Virus record (IMG/VR): IMGVR_UViG_3300036982_001423
Origin: a virus
Lineage: Duplodnaviria; Heunggongvirae; Uroviricota; Caudoviricetes
Length of the DNA stretch: 64,000 bases
Reading direction: 5' to 3' (one strand)
The position numbers and the translations under genes are program-made. Under the pieces are notes generated by a model. It saw only the letters and a program-made list of their open reading frames with translations. It was not told the origin of the DNA and made no database searches. Positions 9,860-19,605 of the stretch are shown here, piece after piece. The first letter of the stretch is position 1. The number at the start of each line of letters is the position of its first letter.

Positions 9860-10327
9860 ATGGTAACTAAACGCGAACCGTTATTTGAATGTATGGAATG
9901 CGGAAAGAAATTCTATACTGTAGGGGCAGCAGAACGAGCATCATTTGGCAGTTCCGGGTGTCCGGGCTGCGGAGGTTCAGATATTGAACCGTATTACGGG
10001 ATAGGTAAAACAGTAGGTAAGTTCGGGAAAGAAATCAAACACCATCATCACAAGACGGCAATTAAGAAGGCACACACGCACATTATTGGAACGAAACCTC
10101 ACAAACAGAAAGTTGTGAGTGCAGGAATAGTTCCAAGGAATATCGAGATTTATGGAAAGAAACTCACATTAAATGATGAAGATAGGGAACAGTGGGTAAG
10201 TAACGACGAAGGTCTTTACAGTTGTTGGAGACAATCCAGACAATCAAAACGCCAGTTCGTAAAAGAGAACCGTGCAGAACTTACTAGAATAATAATGGCA
10301 TATCTAAACAGAGAACCGAAGAGGTAA
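9860..10327 (+). CDS. Zn-ribbon protein with His-rich segment
   Basis: CMECGKKF...CPGCGG; HHHHKTAIKKAHTH. Confidence 0.6.
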   Translation: MVTKREPLFECMECGKKFYTVGAAERASFGSSGCPGCGGSDIEPYYGIGKTVGKFGKEIKHHHHKTAIKKAHTHIIGTKPHKQKVVSAGIVPRNIEIYGKKLTLNDEDREQWVSNDEGLYSCWRQSRQSKRQFVKENRAELTRIIMAYLNREPKR

Positions 10328-10333
10328 TTGGAA

Positions 10334-10648
10334 ATGACACGCACACAACCGCCTAATCCAGCAACCCCCCCAAAACCAAAACGCAGTAAAGTTAAACGCA
10401 CAGCAGTCCCGCACGACCCGAACGTAGGTTACATCACGAGAAACGGTCAAGGTGCTACAATCGAAGCGTTTGATTATTTAGTGGGTAATACAACCGAATA
10501 TATCGACAAAGAACGATACGCATTAAGACCGGGTAAACGTATATCAAGAAAATACAGAGATCCAAAAACAGGTAAGTGGAAAGGCGGAAACGTCTACTAC
10601 GAACTGAGAGCGAACCGTGCGGATTTGGATGCAGATAAGAGGTTATGA
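10334..10648 (+). CDS. hypothetical protein
   Basis: ATG at 10334 (track ORF begins with TTG at 10328). Confidence 0.55.
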   Translation: MTRTQPPNPATPPKPKRSKVKRTAVPHDPNVGYITRNGQGATIEAFDYLVGNTTEYIDKERYALRPGKRISRKYRDPKTGKWKGGNVYYELRANRADLDADKRL

Positions 10649-10896
10649 GTATGACCGATTATGTAGCTACAGTCTATAGATTACCGGGAAGTATAATCGT
10701 CAGAATTAATGGCACGAATTACATGTTCTCACGAAACATGAGTGGATTAACCGTAACTACTCCCAATTTCAAAGTAGACAAATCGTGGACGCCGATATAC
10801 AGTCAAGTAGTAAAAACAAACCTGATAAAAACAGCTCGCAGCGTAATGGAACACGCAGCAAATAAGTTAGGTAAAGGCTGGATGACGGGTACATAA
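10645..10896 (+). CDS. hypothetical protein
   Basis: ATGA overlap. Confidence 0.55.
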   Translation: MSMTDYVATVYRLPGSIIVRINGTNYMFSRNMSGLTVTTPNFKVDKSWTPIYSQVVKTNLIKTARSVMEHAANKLGKGWMTGT

Positions 10897-10908
10897 ACTG
10901 AGGGTATC

Positions 10909-11160
10909 ATGAGTTACTTAATCGCAGTTCCGGGCTTTAAACAAATAATCAACAAAAAGCAATATCGAATAGTCCGTATGTTTTCCAAGAAACAAGAAGC
11001 GATAACATTCATTGATAATTATAAGCGAGTATATGCATTACCAAAAGACGCAATTATACTATACGAACGTAAAAAACAAGGTAAATTATTCGGAAGACAC
11101 CCGTATTGTATTGCAGTTAAAGAAACAAGAATGTTTGATTTCAGTGGAGACTTAAAATGA
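10909..11160 (+). CDS. hypothetical protein
   Basis: SD GAGGGTATC-ATG. Confidence 0.55.
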   Translation: MSYLIAVPGFKQIINKKQYRIVRMFSKKQEAITFIDNYKRVYALPKDAIILYERKKQGKLFGRHPYCIAVKETRMFDFSGDLK

Positions 11161-11253
11161 TTGACGTATCAAAATCCCCAATCCCGCTATTCGTTGATCG
11201 CTCGTTGCTATCATATGACGAACTCAACGATCCAGATTATGCCTTAAAACAAC

Positions 11254-11535
11254 TTGAACAACTTAACGGTGGATATTACTCTATCACATGTAGTAAATGC
11301 CATCATTGCAGGTGATAAAATGAAAACAATATTACTACAGATAAAACGAGGTAATTATACTTACAAACTATCCGGATGGGATTTCACAGCATCTGGTGCA
11401 GAACGAGCATCACGCATAATGAAAAACAATAACCGTTCTGTAATATTAGTGGAATACCCAAAAGGTTCAGCCTATAAAGGGAGTAATTACACTAAATATA
11501 CAGATGCCCCAATATGGGCGATCTATTATAGGTGA
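11254..11535 (+). CDS. hypothetical protein (alternative start 11320 with SD GGTGATAAA)
   Basis: 93-aa ORF. Confidence 0.45.
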   Translation: MNNLTVDITLSHVVNAIIAGDKMKTILLQIKRGNYTYKLSGWDFTASGAERASRIMKNNNRSVILVEYPKGSAYKGSNYTKYTDAPIWAIYYR

Positions 11536-11558
11536 AATTATCTATTTGACGTGCAACC

Positions 11559-11927
11559 ATGACAGACCTTATGAACGAACTACTATACGGCGGAAAAAAG
11601 AGATCTAGCTGTAAAAAGAAATTACGGAAATGCTGTAAGAAAACCCAATTAGAACTTACAGGTAAAAAGAAAGTAAAAAAATGTTGTTGTTTACCCGGCG
11701 GAGGTAACAACAGTAAAGGTTCGAAATCAACCAGTAGGGGCAGTAGGGGAACAGAGACCGGAAGACGCACCACGTCTCCAGAACCCACACGAGATACGGG
11801 AAGTGATAGACGCAGCACTACAGAACTCGATACACGAGATATAAGTTCTGCATTGATGAGCGGGATCGGAGCAAGTATGAGTGGAACCGTGACTGGTGGC
11901 GCAACTGGTGGAATAACCAGAGGATAA
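11559..11927 (+). CDS. Cys-rich N-terminus / Ser-Thr-Gly-rich C-terminus protein
   Basis: CKKKLRKCCKK...KKCCC followed by low-complexity STG-rich tail. Confidence 0.5.
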   Translation: MTDLMNELLYGGKKRSSCKKKLRKCCKKTQLELTGKKKVKKCCCLPGGGNNSKGSKSTSRGSRGTETGRRTTSPEPTRDTGSDRRSTTELDTRDISSALMSGIGASMSGTVTGGATGGITRG

Positions 11928-11930
11928 CCC

Positions 11931-12161
11931 GTGTATATCCGCAAGAAAGACACTATGAAAAACGCTGATAAACTAGCAGAAAATATCCAGAGAGATTTAA
12001 ACATAATCAAACTTCAAACAGCGAACAGTAAAGCGTTTAAACGTAACAGTGTCCATTTCGCAGGGTTAAACAAAAAAGCCGAACGCATCTACAAACTCAA
12101 ACCGGATAACGTGTATATCACCGTAAGACACGGGAAAGTGTGTATTACAATGGGGGTATAA
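11931..12161 (+). CDS. hypothetical protein (probable ATG start at 11955)
   Basis: ORF; GTG at 11931, first ATG 11955. Confidence 0.45.
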   Translation: MYIRKKDTMKNADKLAENIQRDLNIIKLQTANSKAFKRNSVHFAGLNKKAERIYKLKPDNVYITVRHGKVCITMGV

Positions 12162-12162
12162 C

Positions 12163-12363
12163 ATGAAACTTGAATACTGGGCAGTTACAAAAGACAGGAA
12201 AAGAATAACGTTCCGCACTCGTAAAGAAGCAGCGGAATGGCAGAAGATGATGAAAGTCAAAGAACCGAAAGGTAACTATCACATCTTCGACAACAACCCG
12301 GACGGCTATATCAGTAAAAACCGTGGAAAATCATGGCGCACTGATCGGAGGCATACGATCTAA
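12163..12363 (+). CDS. hypothetical protein
   Basis: coupled ORF. Confidence 0.5.
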   Translation: MKLEYWAVTKDRKRITFRTRKEAAEWQKMMKVKEPKGNYHIFDNNPDGYISKNRGKSWRTDRRHTI

Positions 12364-12581
12364 TGGTAGTCTACAGGGACGAAGAGATCCTATCAAAACT
12401 CCCGGTCAAGAAACTGTGGGAGAAACAAGCAGCAATCCATAAACAGCAATCGCACAATTACGAATTGTATACACACGCATTAAAAGCCCATAATCACGAA
12501 AAGGCAAAAGAACTGGAAGAGATGTCGAAACAATTAGAAGCCGAAGATAAAGCCATAACTCATATACTGCGGAGTAGATAG
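12363..12581 (+). CDS. hypothetical protein
   Basis: TAATG overlap. Confidence 0.5.
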   Translation: MVVYRDEEILSKLPVKKLWEKQAAIHKQQSHNYELYTHALKAHNHEKAKELEEMSKQLEAEDKAITHILRSR

Positions 12582-12779
12582 ATGATAAAAAAACGCACTA
12601 AACTCACAATAAAAAAACTCAAAGCCGGAGACGATCCGCGTATAGAAGCACGAAAAGAAGTACGTTTATTAGTTAAGGAAGGAGTACCGTTATCAGATGC
12701 TTTGATAATAGTATCTAACAATCATCTACCAGCGTTCATGAGAAAGAACGATCCGTTAAAAGAATGGACGCATAGATAA
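12582..12779 (+). CDS. hypothetical protein
   Basis: coupled ORF. Confidence 0.5.
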   Translation: MIKKRTKLTIKKLKAGDDPRIEARKEVRLLVKEGVPLSDALIIVSNNHLPAFMRKNDPLKEWTHR

Positions 12780-12835
12780 CTAGAACGCCCCGGAATTAGA
12801 CAGTGATGGGGTACATGTGATCACAGGTGAAATAA

Positions 12836-13030
12836 ATGGTTAGAGTAAGTAAAACCGCAATACAGAGACAGCCGGGCTACCTTTATTATCTCGGTAAAGA
12901 TGGATATGTCTGGGCATCGCCCATGAAAAGCAATAAGACTGGTACGAAACACCGTGTTGGCACAGAACACATGACCCGTCCAAAAGGCATGTGCTGGGTT
13001 GGCAAAACGGGCTACGTAGAAACTAAGTGA
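12836..13030 (+). CDS. hypothetical protein
   Basis: SD GGTGAAATAA-ATG. Confidence 0.45.
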   Translation: MVRVSKTAIQRQPGYLYYLGKDGYVWASPMKSNKTGTKHRVGTEHMTRPKGMCWVGKTGYVETK

Positions 13031-13064
13031 AGGTATCCCCCTTCACCAACTTTAAGGAGAAAAA

Positions 13065-13436
13065 ATGCCGACCTACAAAGACTGGGATGACTATTTCGCT
13101 AAAATACCGGCACAGAAATTATTGCAATATCGTAATGCAATTGAAGTGCTGATGAAAGACACAATGATCCATAAGAACTGGGGGGAACTTAGTACACTTG
13201 CAGTTCTCATGGAAAACGAAATCCACCGTAGAACCCGTGTAGAACAGAAAGGTCAGCGTCCGATCATCACAGGCTCATATAGCAAACCCAAGAAAGGTAC
13301 ATGTTCTAAATGCGGAACTAAACTCACCCCCAAAAAGTTTCAAGGCACTTTAATGGAATATTGTCAAAAATGTGATTCATATTTGGATCGTAATGCATTA
13401 ATTGAAGTATTTAGCGTCCCAAAAAGAAAGCGGTGA
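13065..13436 (+). CDS. Zn-ribbon protein
   Basis: SD AAGGAGAAAAA-ATG; CSKCG...CQKCD. Confidence 0.6.
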   Translation: MPTYKDWDDYFAKIPAQKLLQYRNAIEVLMKDTMIHKNWGELSTLAVLMENEIHRRTRVEQKGQRPIITGSYSKPKKGTCSKCGTKLTPKKFQGTLMEYCQKCDSYLDRNALIEVFSVPKRKR

Positions 13437-13442
13437 ACATAT

Positions 13443-13688
13443 TTGACGAAATTCGAAGAATTCAAAAAAGGCGTAACTCGTAACGCAGACGGTTCAACGA
13501 AACTGAACACAGCATCCTCAAAAATGTATGACGAGTGGAAAACCAAGATTGGAGACCCGACAAATCGCCCGAAAGTCCAAGAGTTCTTAAAAGGTATAAC
13601 TCGTCACGCAGATGGCACTATTACTATCAGTGCAGCATCTACGATAATGCTGAAACAGTTTATGCAGAACCGTAGGGCAAACAAATGA
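13443..13688 (+). CDS. protein with internal duplicated GxTRxADG(S)T motif (TTG start or internal ATG)
   Basis: FKKGVTRNADGSTKL... / FLKGITRHADGTITI...; same motif in C-terminal part of frameshifted gene 7758..8224. Confidence 0.45.
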   Translation: MTKFEEFKKGVTRNADGSTKLNTASSKMYDEWKTKIGDPTNRPKVQEFLKGITRHADGTITISAASTIMLKQFMQNRRANK

Positions 13689-13889
13689 CCTAAAATCCTT
13701 TCTTGGTGGAGTGATAAGTAATGGTTTGTAAGAAACGCAAAGGCGGTAAGAAAGGCAAAGCACATAAGAGCAAGAAGAGGTAGTTGTCTCATGGCAGGCA
13801 AAAAACCGAAATCATGGATACAATCCCGGAAACGCAAAGAGAAACGTGCAGTTAAGAAATCATGGGTAGTTCCCGTAAAGGCTTAAATC

Positions 13890-14084
13890 ATGCTAAACCG
13901 CACAAAACGCACCGATAGACGACTAAAGAAATTAAACAGTCGTGTTGAACGGGAAGTTCTCATCTTCCCGGAAAAACACGATAAATCTTTACAGAGGCTG
14001 ATAAAGAAAACTAAACCTAGACGCAAAACATTCAAAGAACAAGTAGCAGAATGGGAAGAATTTAACCGGAGAACCCTAGAATGA
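13890..14084 (+). CDS. basic hypothetical protein
   Basis: K/R-rich 64 aa. Confidence 0.5.
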   Translation: MLNRTKRTDRRLKKLNSRVEREVLIFPEKHDKSLQRLIKKTKPRRKTFKEQVAEWEEFNRRTLE

Positions 14085-14236
14085 TAACCCTACGCAAAAT
14101 CAACCATAAACGAGAAGGCGGGTTAATTATCGGAAAAGGCGACCCGAACTATCACAGGACAACCATTAGCCAGAAAGAATGGAAAGAAGCGACAGAGAAA
14201 CAAAACGCCAAGAGACGTAAGAAGGTATTCAGATGA
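14081..14236 (+). CDS. small protein, paralog of 46939..47112 (IIGKGDP motif)
   Basis: 51-aa ORF with ATGA coupling both sides; 24-nt nearly identical core TAATTATCGGRAAAGGCGACCCGA shared with the gene just downstream of tnpB. Confidence 0.5.
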   Translation: MITLRKINHKREGGLIIGKGDPNYHRTTISQKEWKEATEKQNAKRRKKVFR

Positions 14237-14529
14237 CCAAACCGGGACGTTGCTACGAAGAAACGTTTGCTATCATGCAGAACGATGACACAATCGCCAA
14301 ACACGGGAAAATTGTTCACGGCACAGTCAAAGACCCGAAAACCAAGAAAGTCATTGAACATGCATGGATCGAAATAGGAACGATGGTTATAGACCCGACA
14401 ATCTCCGATGGCATGATACGGAAAGAACAATATTATAAAGTAACGACAGCGAAACCGCAGAAATACTATACTGACTTACAAGCGATAAACCAAGTACTCA
14501 AACAAAAGAAAGGTTTCTGTAAGTGGTGA
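14233..14529 (+). CDS. hypothetical protein
   Basis: ATGA overlap. Confidence 0.55.
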   Translation: MTKPGRCYEETFAIMQNDDTIAKHGKIVHGTVKDPKTKKVIEHAWIEIGTMVIDPTISDGMIRKEQYYKVTTAKPQKYYTDLQAINQVLKQKKGFCKW

Positions 14530-15621
14530 TTATTTATTTAGTTGAGCATATTCTTCTTTAGTATAGAAACATTTACCCCAATAGTCCTCATCAATAATCT
14601 TCTCAAATTTTTTGATCCATGTTAGTTTATCTTTTGCAACTTCCCCATGTTCTTTTGCAGTTAATAAAACAAATTTATTCGGATCTTCGCCCACATAATG
14701 CCGATACATATTAGGTTTTTTTGCAGTTCCAATATTAATCATCGCATAGTAACCGTGATCATCTTCAGACCATTCACAGCAAGCCCTCTCTTGCCAGTAT
14801 ACATGATGACGAGTTAATGCACGACCCCCATTATCTATTTTTGTTTTCTTAGAGAGGATACTACGATTATTTTGAAATGTATCGATTCTAACCCATAGAT
14901 CTTTATTCCACAATTCACAATATTTTTTCTTTCCATTATAACGAACATTCCCATACCAAAAACCGCCTACTTTTGCCTCCACAACTTTCATAGTGTGCAT
15001 TTCAGATTTAGGTCGTCCAATTTGTGCAAGACTCATCCGTTTACATGTTTCAGAAGTAAATGTTTGCCCTATATGTGCAATCCGCAGTTTTTCGCGGGTT
15101 ATTAAAGAAGCGGGCTTTCGTTTCGCTCTTACTTTCGGAATTTTCGGGATATCAACAAGTATTTTTACTGTCGCAACTTTATATTTAGATTCCCGTTGAG
15201 GTTTAATTTTAATTGGTCGGATTCGTTTTTTCTGGGATACGCTCATTCTTTTACGTGTTTCTTCTGACACGGGATTTAATACAGAACGTATCTTTAGGGC
15301 GTTTCGGATTTTATCTCTTGTGAGGGGGTTTTCCATCCGCTTTTTAGCCGCAACTCGCATACGTTCAAACGATTCAGCAGGAATTTCAAAATTAGTACGG
15401 TCATGTTTTTTAGTTATTATTTTTGCCGTATGTTCTTTTGATTGAATTTTTCCCTTATTTGCAATAGATAATTTTTTACGAGCCTCTGGAGAACGCATTC
15501 TCATTATAGCTGCATCAGATATTTTTTTACAATGTTCGGGAGTAAACCGTTTACCCCTATTTGCAACAGATAACTTTTGTCTCCAGTTCTTATATTTTAT
15601 AGGATCTTTTGGTGCAGGCAT
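14530..15621 (-). CDS. homing endonuclease, NUMOD3 repeats + HNH-like nuclease domain
   Basis: Only clear minus-strand gene; repeated RKKLSIANKGK / TRKRMSVSQKK / CKRMSLAQIGR NUMOD3-like motifs; C-terminal HH...N...H His-Me finger-like region. Confidence 0.7.
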   Translation of the reverse strand: MPAPKDPIKYKNWRQKLSVANRGKRFTPEHCKKISDAAIMRMRSPEARKKLSIANKGKIQSKEHTAKIITKKHDRTNFEIPAESFERMRVAAKKRMENPLTRDKIRNALKIRSVLNPVSEETRKRMSVSQKKRIRPIKIKPQRESKYKVATVKILVDIPKIPKVRAKRKPASLITREKLRIAHIGQTFTSETCKRMSLAQIGRPKSEMHTMKVVEAKVGGFWYGNVRYNGKKKYCELWNKDLWVRIDTFQNNRSILSKKTKIDNGGRALTRHHVYWQERACCEWSEDDHGYYAMINIGTAKKPNMYRHYVGEDPNKFVLLTAKEHGEVAKDKLTWIKKFEKIIDEDYWGKCFYTKEEYAQLNK

Positions 15622-15864
15622 ACACTCTATAAGAGTTAATATTATTTAATAATGCCTAATACCTAGTTTTATCCTATTGAATTAGTTACCCCAAACAAAT
15701 GCCCAATGCCGCAATCCCCAATTAGCACAAATCCCAAAATCTGGAATTATCTATTTTTTGACGCCTAATGCCGTGACACCTCCGAATCCTCGAATACCAA
15801 CGTAACGCCTAATGCCTAACCCCCCGGACTACTGCTCGGCATTGGAAGGCGCACCTCCGATCCC

Positions 15865-15951
15865 CCGACACCCCCCGCACAGACCCCTGCTAAAATTACA
15901 CGGATGTATATACAGGGAGAACACAGTTTTTTTAAAGCACTTCGATCCAAT
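15865..15951. repeat. direct repeat unit 1 (CCGACACCCCCCG ... AAATTACACGGATGTATATACAGG ... AAAGCACTT)
   Basis: Second copy at 16085..16157, about 220 bp away. Confidence 0.6.
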
Positions 15952-16084
15952 GCCGAGTATCCCGAAGGCGAGGCATTCGCACTCTCCGAGGACACGGCAT
16001 TGGTATTTTCCACCAGATTTTCTCCAACGGTTCACCCGCCGAGAACCCCGCCGGATCCCCCCGTATGACTAAAGCTCCTCCACG

Positions 16085-16157
16085 CCGACACCCCCCGAAC
16101 CCCCCGATAAATTACACGGATGTATATGCAGGAAAGAAGCCCAAATTATAAAGCACT
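16085..16157. repeat. direct repeat unit 2
   Basis: See 15865..15951. Confidence 0.6.
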
Positions 16158-17396
16158 TTAATTTATGAATAATTAATTATCCCCCTTCTTTCTTTCGTAC
16201 TATCTATTATTCCTCTGATAATCTCTATTCCAAAAGAGAGTACCCCCCTACCCCCCTAAGAGAAAGGGTTTTTCCCTTATTATCCCCATAGTGAATAAAG
16301 GTGATAAAGGGAATAGACCCCTCATAATAGGAGCAGGGTAATATCCCGCAGGGTTAAAGCTCTTTTATGGACTGCATATACAGAACGAAAATTACCGAGC
16401 CGAGCCAAGCCCCCAAGCCCAGACCCGACCCGACCCGACCAGACCAGACAAACCCCGGCACCGAGGGAAAGGACGACCCCCGCCCCCCGGACAACCCAGA
16501 ACGCAGGAACGATGGTACACGAGATTGCCGCACCCCCCGCACTTCTAAAGAAAATACGCCTGTACCAGACGAACTGCCGCACCAAGCCCTCCGAGGTAAA
16601 ACACCCCCCGCACACCTCTGACACCGAGGTTAAATTTAGAACCCCCCGCCTGTACACGCCTGTAAAAGCAGGTTCAAAAAAAGAGGCAAAAAAGAGTAAA
16701 AAAAGCCAAATCTCCGACGTAAAAATCACTTTCACCCCCCCGCCCAAAGGTATATATCCTACCCAGTCAATCTATCAATCATGCAATGGATGGAACAAAC
16801 GGGAGGGAAAAAGTGAACCAGTGAACCGGGACACTCCTTATCATAGGAGAAAACCCGGAAAAGGATCGGTGATAATCCAGAGGGTAAGCCCCCCTGATAA
16901 CAACCAAAATTTCCCGCCTGATAGGGAGATAAAAAGTTGTAAGTCAGGAGGAAACCTCAAATTATCCCCGACCAGACAATTTTAAACGAGCGACCCAAAT
17001 GTTAAATCGCCGTCATAAAGAGAGCAGATTTTATTTTTCACCCGATCAGTTATGACCTGACAAGACGGAGAGATTAGCCGGTAAACCGGGATAAGAGATT
17101 ATCGCAATGGGAAACTCAGCGTATCCGAGAGGATATACTAAACACAAACACCGAGGTAAAAACGAGTAATATCGTAAGTAACCCCACGAACAACCACACC
17201 CGTAAACCGTTAAACGGCACACGGAGAACAGCCGAAATTTACCAGTTATGGAAATTTAGGGATTTTTGTTTTTTCAATCGCCAACAACAGCCCGGCACAG
17301 GCAACCGGACGGGATTTATGTAAACCAGTTATGGAGTACACAGCAGGATCACGCCCTGCCAAATCCGTTAAAAAAACCAGTACCGCAAAACGACCA

Positions 17397-17435
17397 CAGA
17401 TCACGCCGAAACAGGCACGATCACGGAGGGAAAAT
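17397..17435 (+). promoter_or_regulatory. conserved 33-nt leader GATCACGCCGA-N-GGCACGATCACGGAGG immediately upstream of ATG (copy 1)
   Basis: Near-identical element at 22016..22057 ahead of another ATG; contains direct repeat CACGATCACG. Confidence 0.55.
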
Positions 17436-19067
17436 ATGACAACCGTAAAAAGCGAACTACTAACACACATTAAAGCGAAATATTCAATTATCGCCCTTCA
17501 GACTTCAGAAGAAGCCAGAGCGATCCGCATAATTGGAGAAATCGCAGCCGACCCGCAGACCGTAAAAAGACAAGTCTATATCGGCAGCATCACAAAGGGA
17601 TTATACCCCGCAGACGACGAAAAATCTTCTGGTTATTGTGCAGCCATCGACCTACTCAATATGATTGAGGAACAGCAAAACCAGACCAAACCCGCGCCGA
17701 CAATTTACATATTGCTCGACCAACACGAAGCGATCACAAACGACCTTACATATCGCCGGAAACTGCGAGATCTTCAGACCTTGTTAAAAGCGAAAAACTC
17801 AACAATTATTTTGATAAGCCCCACCGTAGAAGTGCACCCGGACTTATCAAAGACCATTACGGTTTTTGACCTGCCACTACCTGATAAGGTAGAACTTGAA
17901 GAAATCTTATGTACGCGGGTAAAATACCTACAAAAACAGGTAAAAACACTCAGGGATGAGATCACCAGTAAACCCGAACAAACCGCCAGTATCCAAAAGA
18001 AACTGGACACACTCGTACCGATCACCGAAGCACTCATACGACAAGCTACAGAGCAAAAGGATGCAATTGTTTCAGCCTTACAGGGAACAACCGGAGGAGA
18101 AGCAGATCAGACAATCGCCAAATGTATAGTTCTTAAAGATCTCAATATCTCAACAATTTTACAGGAGAAGAAGCAGATCGTTAAGAAATCCGGAGCACTC
18201 ACCTATCAGGAAACCGACGAAACAATCGCCGGAATAGGAGGGTTGAAAAACCTCATAAATTGGGGAAAATCAGCCCGGAACCGCTTTACTGAGACCGCAC
18301 GAAAGTACGGATTAACCCCGCCGAAAGGAGTTATTTTCGTAGGAGCACCGGGAACGGGTAAAACGTTAAGCGCAAAAGCACTTTCCAATCTATTCAATAT
18401 CCCCCTACTGACCTTAACAATGGCGGAAATGACTTCCAAGTACTACGGACAGACCGGCAATAACATGATAGCAGCGATCAAGCTGGCACAAGCTATGTCA
18501 CCCTGTATTGTGTTTGTCGATGAAATCGACAAAATGTTCGGTACTTCAGGAGGGAACGAACACGAAGAAAGCGCACGTACACGAGGAGCACTCTTAACCG
18601 CAATGGAAGAAAGCACAGGGATTTTCTGGTTAGCAACATGTAACCAACCCACTGCATTAGCGCCGGAACTGTTAGCCCGATTTCCTACTGTATTCCATGT
18701 AGATTTACCAAGCCCGACAGAGCGCAGGGAAATTTTTAGTATTCACCTAAAAAAGATCAACCGCGACCCAGTAAAATTTGACCTTGACCGCTTAACCGCC
18801 GTCAGTGACGGGTATGTTGGAAGGGAGATCCGGAACGCTTTACAGGAAGCGTTAGGACAATCTTTTGACGAGGGTATAGAGATCACAACCGATCATATCA
18901 TAAAAGCGATCCGCACGATCACCCCAACCAGCGTACAACGTAAGGACGATATCGGCAGGATCAGGAAATGGTGTGAATTAAACGCACGACCCGCCAACGA
19001 GCAACCGGAGAAACCGGAAAGCCCGACAATGAGCGAAGCAGATCTCAACAAAGAACTTGAGATCTAA
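17436..19067 (+). CDS. AAA-family ATPase (classical AAA clade) with about 290-aa N-terminal domain
   Basis: Walker A GAPGTGKT, Walker B IVFVDEID, second region of homology ALLTAMEE...ATCNQPTALAPELLARF; start placed at 17436 after conserved leader+SD (track ORF extends to 17331). Confidence 0.85.
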   Translation: MTTVKSELLTHIKAKYSIIALQTSEEARAIRIIGEIAADPQTVKRQVYIGSITKGLYPADDEKSSGYCAAIDLLNMIEEQQNQTKPAPTIYILLDQHEAITNDLTYRRKLRDLQTLLKAKNSTIILISPTVEVHPDLSKTITVFDLPLPDKVELEEILCTRVKYLQKQVKTLRDEITSKPEQTASIQKKLDTLVPITEALIRQATEQKDAIVSALQGTTGGEADQTIAKCIVLKDLNISTILQEKKQIVKKSGALTYQETDETIAGIGGLKNLINWGKSARNRFTETARKYGLTPPKGVIFVGAPGTGKTLSAKALSNLFNIPLLTLTMAEMTSKYYGQTGNNMIAAIKLAQAMSPCIVFVDEIDKMFGTSGGNEHEESARTRGALLTAMEESTGIFWLATCNQPTALAPELLARFPTVFHVDLPSPTERREIFSIHLKKINRDPVKFDLDRLTAVSDGYVGREIRNALQEALGQSFDEGIEITTDHIIKAIRTITPTSVQRKDDIGRIRKWCELNARPANEQPEKPESPTMSEADLNKELEI

Positions 19068-19226
19068 ACTTTTTTGTTGCTTTGTGTATATACATACACA
19101 AAACGAACACACCGATCACCCCGGTAAAAAAGCATTCAACAGAACAGCCATGAGAACACAGCGCACGACCAGAACGGGAACCCCCGCAAAACGGTCACAG
19201 CGCACGTTTATAGGAGGATCAACAGC

Positions 19227-19604
19227 ATGAGCCACATAACAACCGTAAGCACTAAAATAGTGCTTAAAAACGAGCAGATGATTAAGAACGCACTCACCGT
19301 AATGAGTAAGCAATTTGAGGGCATGACCTTTCAAAAAATGGATGAAAGCACCATTATGGTGAGATACGCAAAAATTGAGAACTACCAGACACACGGAAAC
19401 CTCAGGTTCATTAAGAACCCCGCCGGTATTTGGGAGATGCAGCTAGATACGTGGATGTGCGACGCGGAGATCGCTAAAGTCAGAGAAGCGTTTTTCGTGC
19501 AGTATCAGACCGCCGCAGTATCTTCATATCTGGCACAGAAAGGATATTCGACTACCAAGAAGAACGACGGCAAAAACGTAATCCTTTCCGCAGTGAGGTA
19601 CTAA
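19227..19604 (+). CDS. hypothetical protein
   Basis: SD AGGAGGATCAACAGC-ATG. Confidence 0.6.
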   Translation: MSHITTVSTKIVLKNEQMIKNALTVMSKQFEGMTFQKMDESTIMVRYAKIENYQTHGNLRFIKNPAGIWEMQLDTWMCDAEIAKVREAFFVQYQTAAVSSYLAQKGYSTTKKNDGKNVILSAVRY

Positions 19605-19605
19605 A

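Larger units (their letters stand above)
15622..17330. other. 1.7-kb non-coding C-rich region with iterons and direct repeats; candidate origin of replication/regulatory region
   Basis: No SD-led ORF; strong C-over-G skew on + strand; CCCCCCG runs; GCCTAATGCC x3; (CCCGA)3(CCAGA)2 microsatellite at 16422..16450; divergent gene orientation at left border. Confidence 0.6.

Noticed and set aside
15812-16985. Track ORFs inside the C-rich non-coding region (15812..16072, 16322..16747, 16367..16621, 16512..16985 and others)
   Set aside because: They overlap one another on both strands, lack SD or start context and are low-complexity P/R/G-rich translations of C-rich repeats. Most likely non-coding.
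15622-17330. CRISPR array
   Set aside because: Repeats here are irregular in spacing and length, with no uniform repeat-spacer periodicity.
17331-17435. N-terminal 35-codon extension of the AAA ATPase ORF
   Set aside because: It contains the conserved leader+SD element that also precedes an unrelated gene at 22058. Start at ATG 17436 is better supported.
17436-19067. Possibility that the AAA+ protein is an Orc1/Cdc6 initiator next to the putative origin
   Set aside because: Walker A lies about 330 residues from the N-terminus and is followed by the classical AAA second region of homology, which fits CDC48/FtsH-like AAA. No C-terminal winged helix is evident.
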